Shown here: one piece after another, positions 39,101 through 47,775 of the stretch | Position numbering within the stretch: position 1 is the stretch's first letter | Layout: each line of letters opens with the position of its first letter | From: a virus | DNA: 64,000 nt | Virus record (IMG/VR): IMGVR_UViG_3300042896_000648 | Span: 1 to 64,000 of that record | Direction: 5' to 3' (one strand) | Notes under the pieces: generated by a model | Database searches by the model: none | What the model was told of the DNA's origin: nothing | Seen by the model: only the letters and a program-made list of their open reading frames with translations | Program-made: the position numbers and the translations under genes

Positions 39101-41314
39101 TGTTTGCTTGTCATTTGTTTCCTGCGTCATTTGAGCATATCTTTGCAAGTTTATTGCACTTATACTTAGGTTTTTTTGGCTTGCTAGTAAGTCTGCTTCA
39201 GCACTTGTTATTTTTTCACCGGTTGTACTTGCTACTTTCCTTCTAGCTTCAAGTACTCTTTGCTGTAGTGAAAGATTCTTGCCGTTCTCTTCATTTACTC
39301 TTTTTAATGCTTCGGCTTCATCATCTAAATATCCACCTCTTCTTTTTAATTGCAAATCCGACTTATAGGCAATATCGCTTAATTCTATTCTTAAATCAAA
39401 TGCTTTGTTTACACTTTTTAATATCCTTTCTAATTGCTCATTCTTGGTGTTTTCAATATCTATTAACCCAAAGTATTCAGGGTACTTGTTCTTTAGTATC
39501 TCCAATTGCACATTCCTAGCTTTCGTGTTATAGGCGAGGTCTTTAATCAATCCTACTTGTGCTGTTATTTGAGCTCTCGATTCCTCTAGTTGTCTACCTT
39601 CTTCACTATGTAGTTTTATAGCTTCTTTTTGCTCTGCATTAAAGTATTGGTATGCTACAAAAGCGGCTGTGATAGCTATTCCTATTACACCCATCGCCAG
39701 GTTTAAGGTTCTGAATGATGTTGCGGCTGCTTGGTTAGCTACTGTTAATGCTACTGTATCTGCCGTTAATCCTACTTTTGTTTTTGCATCTGCCGCAGTT
39801 ATTATAGCTGCATCTATTTCTATTGCATTGCCTTTTAGCATAGCTACACCAAGTGCATTTTGTGCTAGTATTAATTCAGCTTCAGCTGCTACAAGTGCTT
39901 CTTTCGCTGCTACATTAGCTAACATAACTGCACCCATCTGTGCCATTCCTGTAGTTTCTTTAGTATCTAATAATACCTTTCTGCCTTGTATCAGCATGCC
40001 TACAGTGTACGTTCCGTTATATAGGTTTCTTATTATAGTTCCTGTGGCTACTACACTGTTCACTATCGCTTGTTTTGCCGCTATTATTCCTTGTATTATA
40101 GCCGCTGCATTCATAATAGTTTTCCACGCTAACAGTCCTTGTACAAGGCCTGAAAATACTGCTACTGTTCTATTTACTGCATTCTCTGTTCCAAATAGTG
40201 CTGTTACTATATTATTAGTGGCATCAACTATGCTTTTAGCCATGGCACTAAAATTGTCTCCAATGGCCGCTTTAGCAAAGAATATATTATCCTTCAATAT
40301 ATCCATCTTACCTTTTACGGTAGTGGCTAGTATTGTCATTGAGTCCGCAAATACTCCTCCTGCATTTCCTGCATCTAGTATTGCTTTTTTAAACTCCGAA
40401 AATCCTACTTGTCCATTGTGTATTCTTTCTTGTAGTTCCGATACCTTTATTCCTAGGTTGTCGGCAAGTATCGCCATTAAAGGAAATCCCGTTTCAGCTA
40501 TTTGCCTTACCTCTGTACCCATTAGCCTTCCTGCGGCTTGTACTTGGGTAAAAGCGTACGTAAGTCGCTCTAGCTTATCACCGCCTCCCAATGCACTAGC
40601 CGAGTTTCCAAGGCTTCTTAGTGTTGGTATTACGTCTCTTGATATTACTTGTGACGAAAGCCCCACTGCTTTCATTGAGCCTACAAGTTGGTTTACACCT
40701 TTTATAGTTTCTTCAAACGTAAATGGGGTTTCTGTAGTAAATTGTTGGAATTGTGCAAAAAGTGATTTTCCACTTACATTTCCTAGTAAGTTTCCTAGTG
40801 TAAGTTTTAGTGCCTCTACTTTACTTTGCGCATCAAATATTGACCTTGCAAAATCTGTAACACCAGTAACTCCAAGTGCCACTCCAAATGTTGTTAGAAT
40901 ACCACTAACTTTATTTAGCGATATTCCAAAATCTTGTGTACTTTTAGTCTTCGCTACATTGTCTTTTATTACTTGGTCTTTAGCGAGCTTACTAGCCGTT
41001 ATTTGTGCTAGTGAGGCTTGTTTAGCGGCAGACTCTTCAGCTATTGCGGTTGCTCTAGCGGTGGCTATTTCCGCTTTTGAATTGGCTTCTTTATTTCTCC
41101 TTCTATTGTCAGACCGAATTATTGACCTATTTAAAGCAGTGTCTTCCAAGTTAGCTAGGTTAGCTATCGAGGTTTTCTGTTGCTCATACAAGTCTTTATA
41201 TGACTTAGCTACAACCTTTAGGTCGGCAGTCATAGCCTTTAAAGTACCTGTTACTTTTAATAAATCATCTAGGTTCTTTACTTGTATTTCAAAGTAAACG
41301 GTTTCATTAGCCAT
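36188..41314 (-). CDS. tail tape measure protein
   Basis: About 1700 aa, Ala/Lys-rich coiled coil; TPF...LG..ASALG...L.YAF.QV.A.GRL.G.E..Q..E.G.P tape-measure N-domain. Confidence 0.92.
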   Translation of the reverse strand: MANETVYFEIQVKNLDDLLKVTGTLKAMTADLKVVAKSYKDLYEQQKTSIANLANLEDTALNRSIIRSDNRRRNKEANSKAEIATARATAIAEESAAKQASLAQITASKLAKDQVIKDNVAKTKSTQDFGISLNKVSGILTTFGVALGVTGVTDFARSIFDAQSKVEALKLTLGNLLGNVSGKSLFAQFQQFTTETPFTFEETIKGVNQLVGSMKAVGLSSQVISRDVIPTLRSLGNSASALGGGDKLERLTYAFTQVQAAGRLMGTEVRQIAETGFPLMAILADNLGIKVSELQERIHNGQVGFSEFKKAILDAGNAGGVFADSMTILATTVKGKMDILKDNIFFAKAAIGDNFSAMAKSIVDATNNIVTALFGTENAVNRTVAVFSGLVQGLLAWKTIMNAAAIIQGIIAAKQAIVNSVVATGTIIRNLYNGTYTVGMLIQGRKVLLDTKETTGMAQMGAVMLANVAAKEALVAAEAELILAQNALGVAMLKGNAIEIDAAIITAADAKTKVGLTADTVALTVANQAAATSFRTLNLAMGVIGIAITAAFVAYQYFNAEQKEAIKLHSEEGRQLEESRAQITAQVGLIKDLAYNTKARNVQLEILKNKYPEYFGLIDIENTKNEQLERILKSVNKAFDLRIELSDIAYKSDLQLKRRGGYLDDEAEALKRVNEENGKNLSLQQRVLEARRKVASTTGEKITSAEADLLASQKNLSISAINLQRYAQMTQETNDKQTKSLLDNALIQKNINLENAKGLKDKMRIEKEYTEYIKGIQGTAGDNIKAGAGGGAGKGAKEFKPSKELENRRKEIELLKELGQEGLRDKLDLLEKEREAEILEANERYGKKAEVFLKTTKLLEKYAIKENKLVEEASKENLKTIEQADKERIKLLKELEVAKKAIVEDAEEANLDLMKASELAKAESEEEKYQISVKYDKLEYDLKRKRLLAEIQNNSDEITSLQYSVEFKKQKAADNIKLILKEGKDREDAIKISNEAIDKENESAILKIELDTQKHYGKLVELDGKYQVKKLENTTKNNDRIKKDTKAFLDAVERIEVNNKIARLKTIENFLKGTQTALKSVATAYGNFGTASAKVNAAFVNNLIDSVGSVINSVKAARENLKLNRDAVKKLEETYAEARKNAKKGSKELEEIEKEYNKASKKLKEEHIAISAQKYGEYAKLAINVIGSAIIRQTALELDGINRQIENTKTGYDQKIAVQKKAQDDALALLQDGFDKEEKIRADAQFKKDASIEAAAAAERNKVLARASQALTTLAVNNEEAQRINKKAGDEELALRELYNESLNAKDVRRRDEAEKIVNEGVQKIREAQVEELKDLVINQAATQDIQNEINRIKIDALAEDIRIRKLYANDIASTDKAISDKAKASQASDLADLKATTKQKVDTLLVEKDETKEIVIARTDTVNSIVKEASDAIVKIDQKEKADLFNSRTTFDQVEIDAKIAKDAALLAQKEATDKANAELEYEKNYKLWQLEVSRIDAEYKLKVQELKVSQALAAVEIGIQVAIMTAKLAATSLVVGLVIAAASAVTIYALLRAIPDPPKQELPAEPIKPFYKGTDNTSENAPRRRVDNKGGFQAILHPDEQIFSKEQVDTMTRSNGGVRMTRNDVMNKIMNYDTVNLKGITPNIVNRIQNDNSKLEKEIKGLRKDLLALQGQAKIVNQVDKSGFNTYLQTRSKKINVLQNKYKQTL

Positions 41315-41334
41315 ATTCAATAGACCTATTGGCC

Positions 41335-42173
41335 TTATTTATTTTTGCGGTTCTGTTTTTCAATCTCCTCGTTCTCTTTCTCTATACTCTTATTCAGTTG
41401 GCTATTATAGCCTATATAGTCTAGTATTCCTAGCTTTTCAGCATCAAATTGGCTACACCTAAGGTAGCCCGATAGCCTCGTACAGCTTTCCTTAAAGGCG
41501 ACAATTGTGTTGAACCTTGCAAGCCCTCTTGTAATCTCGCTATATCTAATATTAGTGAATTTCTCATTAGGTTCGCTTCCGCTATCTGTGATTCGCTTTT
41601 CACTTGGGTTGAAAGCATATTGAATTGACTGAATAGTTTCGTTAAGCCTGCTGATTGCAAGTTCAGACTTTTTGAGAAAAAAGGGAGTAGTCTGCCTTGC
41701 TCCCCCTCAGCAGCGATAGCATTTGCCCATAGTGTTATCTTTTCAGCGTTGGTGTTAAAGTCTACCTTATAGGGGTCTTCTTTCTTCATTATATACACTA
41801 GGCTTGCTAGTTCTAATAACAGTCCAGTTTGATCCAATTCTTTTTGGTGGCTCTTAAACACCTTCAGCGTGATTAAAAGTGAGTTTAATTTATCCTTAAT
41901 ATCGTGGTCATCTACATTCACGTTTAGTAGTTGTTCTATAGCGTCTTCTACATAATCCTTAGCTACTTCGTATGTCATTCCAAACTTTTCAAATGAGTTT
42001 ACCGAACTTTGTATCTGTAGATACCGGAGGGTTGGCATTGTATCGTAGTCGCCTGTAAATGAATAGAACTCAATTCCATTTAAATCGAAATCGGGTTCTA
42101 AGTTTACTATTCCTAATTTTTGGCATTCTTCAAATTGCCCACAAGCTGTATTTTCTTTCAAATCTTTTATCAT
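41335..42173 (-). CDS. frameshifted tail assembly chaperone (gpGT-like), -1 shift at 41676-41685
   Basis: The -1 frame is open for about 115 codons to TAA at 41335-41337 and contains no ATG. Confidence 0.7.
41430..42173 (-). CDS. tail assembly chaperone (gpG-like), start at MIKDLKEN
   Basis: Directly upstream of the tape measure gene; contains slippery site CCCTTTTTTC. Confidence 0.7.
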   Translation of the reverse strand: MIKDLKENTACGQFEECQKLGIVNLEPDFDLNGIEFYSFTGDYDTMPTLRYLQIQSSVNSFEKFGMTYEVAKDYVEDAIEQLLNVNVDDHDIKDKLNSLLITLKVFKSHQKELDQTGLLLELASLVYIMKKEDPYKVDFNTNAEKITLWANAIAAEGEQGRLLPFFSKSLNLQSAGLTKLFSQFNMLSTQVKSESQIAEANLMRNSLILDIARLQEGLQGSTQLSPLRKAVRGYRATLGVANLMLKS

Positions 42174-42248
42174 ATAATTTTTTAAACAAAAATAATTAAT
42201 ATTTTGCGGTTTTCCTTGTTTTCTATTTTTTAGTCTATTATATTTGTC
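42174..42248. promoter_or_regulatory. divergent promoter module, copy 2
   Basis: Minus-strand TATTTTTG and plus-strand TATATTTG; near-identical to 21568-21640. Confidence 0.75.
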
Positions 42249-42271
42249 CATAATTTAAATGAAAAGGAAAA

Positions 42272-43166
42272 ATGGAAATTACAATTAAAAAAACAATCGA
42301 AGAAAAAGTTCAAATTAGCCTACCAGCCTACTATAAAACTTCGGCACATCAATTCAAGATTTATAGTGATACGCATTGTATATCTGTAACTGAAGCAGGA
42401 ATCCATCAACTACACGCTGATTTACCATTTGCAATAGATGCGAAAGAAAGTACTGAATTAGAGTTTATGGAATTCTACAAAAAAGTAAATAACCAATTGC
42501 ATGAAATAGTAAATTTATAAAATAAAAAAATGAAAATAGAAACTTATTTATCAGAAAAAGGATTTGATGTATACGGGTATCACGAAAAGTATACACAAGA
42601 TTGGTCGAAGCTATCCACAGAAGAATGTCTTTGGGCATTAGAGCAGGAAGAGAATGTAAATACATTTTTTATTCACGATGGTAAAACGCTTGTTTTTAGT
42701 AGGTTCGATATAATCTTGTCTATACAATTAGATGCTGTCGATAAAGCCATTCTCATTCAAGTACGCAACGTTTATAGAGCTAGTGCCAACAAAAAACAAG
42801 AACAGTTTCAAGCTAAATTAAGAGAGATTAATGGATAAGAAAAGAGAAACAGTACTACTACTTATTGGTACACTTCAGGCATCACTTGGCTATATCGACT
42901 ACTCGCTTGATACTAAGATATTCTCAAACGACCTTAAATTCACCGCTAAGAACTTCTTAGTTAGGTTAGAAAGGTGGTTTAGTGCTTATTATAAGTTGAA
43001 TAAAGATGAAACAGAGGAGGTTGCCAGTCAAATAGAACTCCTAATCACCTTATACGAAAACTCTGCTAAAATAGCTTTTCAATTAAACGAAAAAGGCGAG
43101 GTAGTGCAGGATAATTTTATGAATGAATTTAATGAGTTAGTTAAACGTTATAAGATAGAGATATGA
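42272..43166 (+). other. three hypothetical genes (42272-42520, 42530-42838, 42831-43166)
   Basis: Closely spaced ORFs after the promoter. Confidence 0.7.
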
Positions 43167-43438
43167 AAATACTAATAATATGTACATTTTATGCCATGTC
43201 GTTTCAGGGCAAGCTTACGTCTTCAGGCACTAGGTTTAGTCAGTCCGAGTATACTTGTGCTACACGCCTTTATCCTCTTGGTTCGGTGCTTCGTGTATCA
43301 AGCAAGGGTCGTAGTGTAGTAGTTAAAGTATCCGATAGGTGTCGTAGTTATAAAACTATTGATTTAAGCAGGATAGCTTTTTCAAAAATAGGTGATTTAA
43401 AACAAGGTAAATTAAACGTTAAAATAGAAAGAATATGA
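43163..43438 (+). CDS. RlpA-like double-psi beta-barrel (lytic transglycosylase-like) protein
   Basis: TSSG.RF....YTCA...PLGS.LRV....RSVVVKV.DR...IDLS..AF. Confidence 0.85.
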   Translation: MKILIICTFYAMSFQGKLTSSGTRFSQSEYTCATRLYPLGSVLRVSSKGRSVVVKVSDRCRSYKTIDLSRIAFSKIGDLKQGKLNVKIERI

Positions 43439-44526
43439 ATAAATTAGGTATTAAAGTCGGGGATGTGGTTGCATGGGGTTCTAAAAGAAATGCTTGCGAA
43501 GTTAAGGAAGTTTATAGTACTTTTTTTTATGTAAATAGTTCAAGCTCCACTATTTCATTTACTGAGCCAAATCTTGAAATAGTCAAAAAAGGAACTAAAT
43601 CACTCGAAGCCAAATACGGAATCATTTTGATAAATAAGGAAATGTGGTGTTGGGATGACAATATAGAAAACGCATCACTACTTTTTGTTATTACAAAAAA
43701 TTCAAATGGTTTTTTTGTTTCATGCGATGGGAATATATGGAGAAATGCATCACTAGAAAAGCCGAACAAGACATACAAGCCAAACTTGGTGTTTTTGGAT
43801 GACGATTACACGAAGGAGGAAATGATAAACATTATAAATGACCTTAAATAAATAATATGTCAGCACGAGAAGATTTTGGTTACAATGATAACCCATCAAT
43901 TAAAAAAACAGAAGTATTTATAAATAAAATTTTAAATAAACCTGAAAATGAAAATACAGAAAAAGAAAAATTTGCAATTGATTTTGCTAATTGGGTTGAT
44001 GAATTATCATATACTTCCAAATGTTCTGTTTGGTCAAAAGATGGACAGCATAGCGGTCTTTTTAAAATGGATAATGAGCAATTGATGGATAAATATAAAA
44101 ATTTATTAAAAAAAAGATAATGTTTAATTGGAAATTTTTAAATGTTTGGATGTCAAATGATGTTGTAGAAAGACACTATAAATGTCAAAATACAGGTGCT
44201 TATAGATGTAAGGAATATAAGTTGGGTAAAAGTTACAAAACAGTTACTTATTGCTTGCCTGATTCAGAAAATTATAATATTAAAACAGAACAAGAATTAT
44301 TGGACATTATAAACGAATTAAAATGAAAAACGAAACGATTGAAGAAGCTGCTAATAGAGAATGGGGCAATATTCATAAAACAGGCGTATTGGGTTTTATA
44401 GAAGGTGCAAATTGGCAAGCTGAAAGAACTATTGACTTTTTGAATGTATTATTACAAAAAGACGTGTGTTCGGTTTATGGAATTGAAATTATTGAAAAAT
44501 ACATATCAGAACTAAAACAAAAATAA
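43435..44526 (+). other. four small hypothetical genes (43435, 43857, 44120, 44323)
   Basis: Coupled ORFs; 44323 is a third ETIEE...GANWQ paralog. Confidence 0.7.
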
Positions 44527-44527
44527 A

Positions 44528-44824
44528 ATGAAAAACGTAATCAATAATGTAATTGAGTGGGCAGAAAATAAAGACCTACTTAAAAAAGAAAATTCATATC
44601 CGCAATTCGCAAAGGTAGTGGAGGAGGTTGCCGAAATTGGAACGGCATTAGGGAGTGGAAATGAAGCTGAATTGATTGATGCTATTGGGGATACGATGGT
44701 AACTTTGATTATATTAGCAAAGCAAAACGGATTAGACATTGAAGTGTGTCTTGAAACAGCTTACAATGTGATTAAGAACAGGACAGGAAAGACTATAAAT
44801 GGAACATTTAAAAAAGATAAATAA
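44528..44824 (+). CDS. MazG-like NTP pyrophosphohydrolase
   Basis: Q..KVVEEVAEI...DAIGD.MVTLII...AYN.IK.RTG...NG.F.K. Confidence 0.9.
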   Translation: MKNVINNVIEWAENKDLLKKENSYPQFAKVVEEVAEIGTALGSGNEAELIDAIGDTMVTLIILAKQNGLDIEVCLETAYNVIKNRTGKTINGTFKKDK

Positions 44825-45062
44825 TGGCAACACAAATAAACATTAATCCAAAAACAGACTTCAATCCGTATGTTTCGCAAAGTCATAATTATAAACCATT
44901 ATCAGATGAATCCGAAATACGAAAGTTGATTTATATTGATAATATGAAAAAGATGCGACTTTCACAGCTAGATGCTGAAATAGAGAGAATTTACGACAAT
45001 AATTTAAAGCTTGAAAAAATAAGAACACAATTAAAAAAATGGTATAAAGAAATAAAAAACTA

Positions 45063-45350
45063 ATGAAAAAAATACTCTTATTACTCTTAATGTCTTGCAA
45101 GCAAGAATCCATTGAGCCTTCTCGTCTTTTCTATGTTCGAAAAGATTGGGATTTAGACCGATATTCTAACGTTACAGGCTATCCTGAATATCCGCAAGTA
45201 CAAGAGCTTTCTGTGCCACTTTCTAAGGCTGTAAATGACACTTCTATAGTGTGGTTTACAGCCACTAAACTAGATTATACAGGCAAAGCATCTTATGACG
45301 ATTACAAGGTTAAGAGGAAGTTAATTACTACTTATCGCAGGCTACAATGA
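45063..45350 (+). CDS. small lipoprotein, paralog of 28043-28312
   Basis: MKKILLLLLMS-C; WDLDRYS..TGYPEY; VKRKLITTYRRL. Confidence 0.65.
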   Translation: MKKILLLLLMSCKQESIEPSRLFYVRKDWDLDRYSNVTGYPEYPQVQELSVPLSKAVNDTSIVWFTATKLDYTGKASYDDYKVKRKLITTYRRLQ

Positions 45351-45547
45351 TGTATATTAATATTCATACAGGCCAGATATATGACGTGTACAAAAAAGAC
45401 GTAGTTACAGTTAAGGAAAAAAAACGCACTACCGAAAAGAACGTTCTGTTTATGAAGGGTTCTTCAGATGAATTTCGTGCTGTAGATGATTGGAATAAAT
45501 TTGATACCTTTATAGAATATAAATAATATTCTATAAAGGTATTTTTA

Positions 45548-47482
45548 TTATAAGTCTAATGTATAAGGAACTAAAATACTTGCTAATTGTAGACCTTCAT
45601 TCATTTGTATTAAATCAGCTTCTATACCAGTAATATCAGTATTTTCAAGAGCATCTACTTTAGTCTTAATTTCTTGCGAAGTTGATTCAAGAGCTATTCC
45701 AGTAAGGTCAGTATTTACTAAAGTGTCAGTTTTATCCTTTATACTCTGCGAAGTGCTTTCTAAAGCTACTAAGCTCAAATCAGTATTTTCTAAAGCATCT
45801 ACTTTAGTTTTAATTTCTTGCGAAGTTGATTCTAGGGCTACTAGACTAAGGTCAGTATTTACTAGCATATCAGTTTTTGTTTTAATACTCTGTGATGTAG
45901 ATTCTAAGGACACCAGACTAAGGTCAGTATTTACTAAAGAATCAGTTTTTGTTTTAATACTCTGTGATGTAGACTCTAGTGCAACTAGACTTAAATCTGT
46001 ATTCACCAAAATATCCGTTTTGGCTTTTATTGCTGTTATATCGCTGTTATTTGGTGCTGTATAGCCTGAAGTTGCTAATCTTGAACTTACCGTTACATCC
46101 AACTTTGTTGAATTACTATCTATCTCTGCTCTAATTGACGAAGCTGTTGGCGGTGCTGTATAACTTGAACTTGCCAACCTTGAACCTACTGTTGCATCCA
46201 ATTTTGTAGAATTGGTGTCAATTTCGCTCCTTATCGCAATTGCTGTAGGTGGTGTTGTATATCCACTTGTTGCAAGTCTGCTTGAAACCGTTGCATCAAC
46301 ATTATCTTTCAATAATTTTCCAAAACTTCCAACCGTATTAAAATCAGTTCCTGAAAGTAATTTTGTTAATATTTCAGTTGCAATTAATGCCGGTGTAGTT
46401 GAATATGTACCTACTGTATTATCGGTCGCCACGTCCTTAACTACGTTACTTGGTGAAGGCACTATCAAAGTTCCTGTTTGTGTTCCGTTATTGTAAGTTA
46501 TTCCGCTTCTTACATTGGCAATTGCCGGAACTAAGTTTGATACGTTCAATGGGTCCGATAATGCAACTGTTGTTCCGTTCTGTTTTAAAACATTGGCTGT
46601 ATTATCAGTTCCATTTTCAAATCTAATATAGCCTGAAATTGGTGTTTGCCCTGCCGAACCGAAAATAATATTTTTTACTCGTGTAATGCCGCCCAATACT
46701 GCACCATTTACCCCAGCTGCTAGTATATTGGTTGATGAACTTGCGGTTGCTGTAGTTACTGTCAAAGTTCCTGTACTTGCATTATTTGCCCCTGACGCTC
46801 CGGACACTATTCCTCCCGTGGAGTTTCCTATTATGGTAATTATGCCTATGCTCGTGTTCTGTGTGCCAAAATTACTTGTTGCACTACCACCATTGCAATT
46901 ACCTGTTATATTTACTGTTCCTGAACTATTATTTCTAGCACCATGAGCATCTACCCCACTACCACCATTGCAATTACCTGTTATATTTACTGTTCCTGAA
47001 CTATTATTTCTAGCACCATCACTTCTACCGGTTCCACTACCGCCATTGCAATTACCTGTTATGTTTACTGTTCCTGAACTATTATTATTGACGCCATAAG
47101 TATCTAACGAACTACCGCCATTGCAATTACCTGTTATAGTAAATGTTCCTGAACTATTATTATTAATGCCATACGATGCAGATGCACTACCACCATTGCA
47201 ATTACCTATCCAATTGCAACCATTAGCTGTATAAGTTAAGCAAGCTGTTGTTCCTGCATAAATATCAGCTGTGCCATTATAGGCGGTTGATAACGTAAAA
47301 CCACCTCCGGCATTAATACCCGTATTGGATTGGGTACGAATACTTAATACATTTATTACCTGATTGACGGTAACAGTGAAGCCATTGGCATAAACATCAT
47401 CTGAACTTGTTGGTAACGCTCCCGTATTCCAAACGGTAATATCACTCCAATTGCCTGTTTTGGTCGCATATACATTAGCCAT
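45548..47482 (-). CDS. repeat-rich tail fibre / adhesin-like virion protein
   Basis: Five GNCNGGS repeats, three D.TV.SRLA repeats, six NTD repeats with 24-aa period. Confidence 0.6.
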   Translation of the reverse strand: MANVYATKTGNWSDITVWNTGALPTSSDDVYANGFTVTVNQVINVLSIRTQSNTGINAGGGFTLSTAYNGTADIYAGTTACLTYTANGCNWIGNCNGGSASASYGINNNSSGTFTITGNCNGGSSLDTYGVNNNSSGTVNITGNCNGGSGTGRSDGARNNSSGTVNITGNCNGGSGVDAHGARNNSSGTVNITGNCNGGSATSNFGTQNTSIGIITIIGNSTGGIVSGASGANNASTGTLTVTTATASSSTNILAAGVNGAVLGGITRVKNIIFGSAGQTPISGYIRFENGTDNTANVLKQNGTTVALSDPLNVSNLVPAIANVRSGITYNNGTQTGTLIVPSPSNVVKDVATDNTVGTYSTTPALIATEILTKLLSGTDFNTVGSFGKLLKDNVDATVSSRLATSGYTTPPTAIAIRSEIDTNSTKLDATVGSRLASSSYTAPPTASSIRAEIDSNSTKLDVTVSSRLATSGYTAPNNSDITAIKAKTDILVNTDLSLVALESTSQSIKTKTDSLVNTDLSLVSLESTSQSIKTKTDMLVNTDLSLVALESTSQEIKTKVDALENTDLSLVALESTSQSIKDKTDTLVNTDLTGIALESTSQEIKTKVDALENTDITGIEADLIQMNEGLQLASILVPYTLDL

Positions 47483-47485
47483 GTC

Positions 47486-47764
47486 TTATATTGCTTTACT
47501 TGTTAAATATTCCTGAATAGCTGATTTAACCTTACCAACCGCCAACAAAATATGACTATCTGAACTTGCCATAATATTAGGAAAGATAATCGGTTTTGGC
47601 ATAAATTCAGGGTCTGTTAAAAATTCATTTATCCCGTTTTCGGTTCTCATTGGTGTTAAAGTCAACACCGTTGCAACTCCGTTTTCATTTTCGTTAATGA
47701 CCAAACTAATTCCGTATTGATCCCAAATCTTACCGCCTGCTTCAAATGGTTGTGTAATTATCAT
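47486..47764 (-). CDS. hypothetical protein (possible fibre accessory)
   Basis: Adjacent to the fibre gene. Confidence 0.6.
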   Translation of the reverse strand: MIITQPFEAGGKIWDQYGISLVINENENGVATVLTLTPMRTENGINEFLTDPEFMPKPIIFPNIMASSDSHILLAVGKVKSAIQEYLTSKAI

Positions 47765-47775
47765 ATTATTGTTTA

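Noticed and set aside
39669-41297. 542-aa plus-strand ORF (also 38610, 45723, 46212, 60482 and similar)
   Set aside because: Antisense shadows of Ala/Thr/Ser-rich structural genes; no motifs or expression signals
21568-42248. Invertible segment bounded by the duplicated promoters
   Set aside because: The repeats are direct, so recombination would delete terL and the tape measure gene rather than invert them
46883-47207. CRISPR array or DGR template/variable repeat
   Set aside because: The repeats are in-frame protein repeats; I saw no cas gene, no reverse transcriptase and no adenine-specific repeat pair
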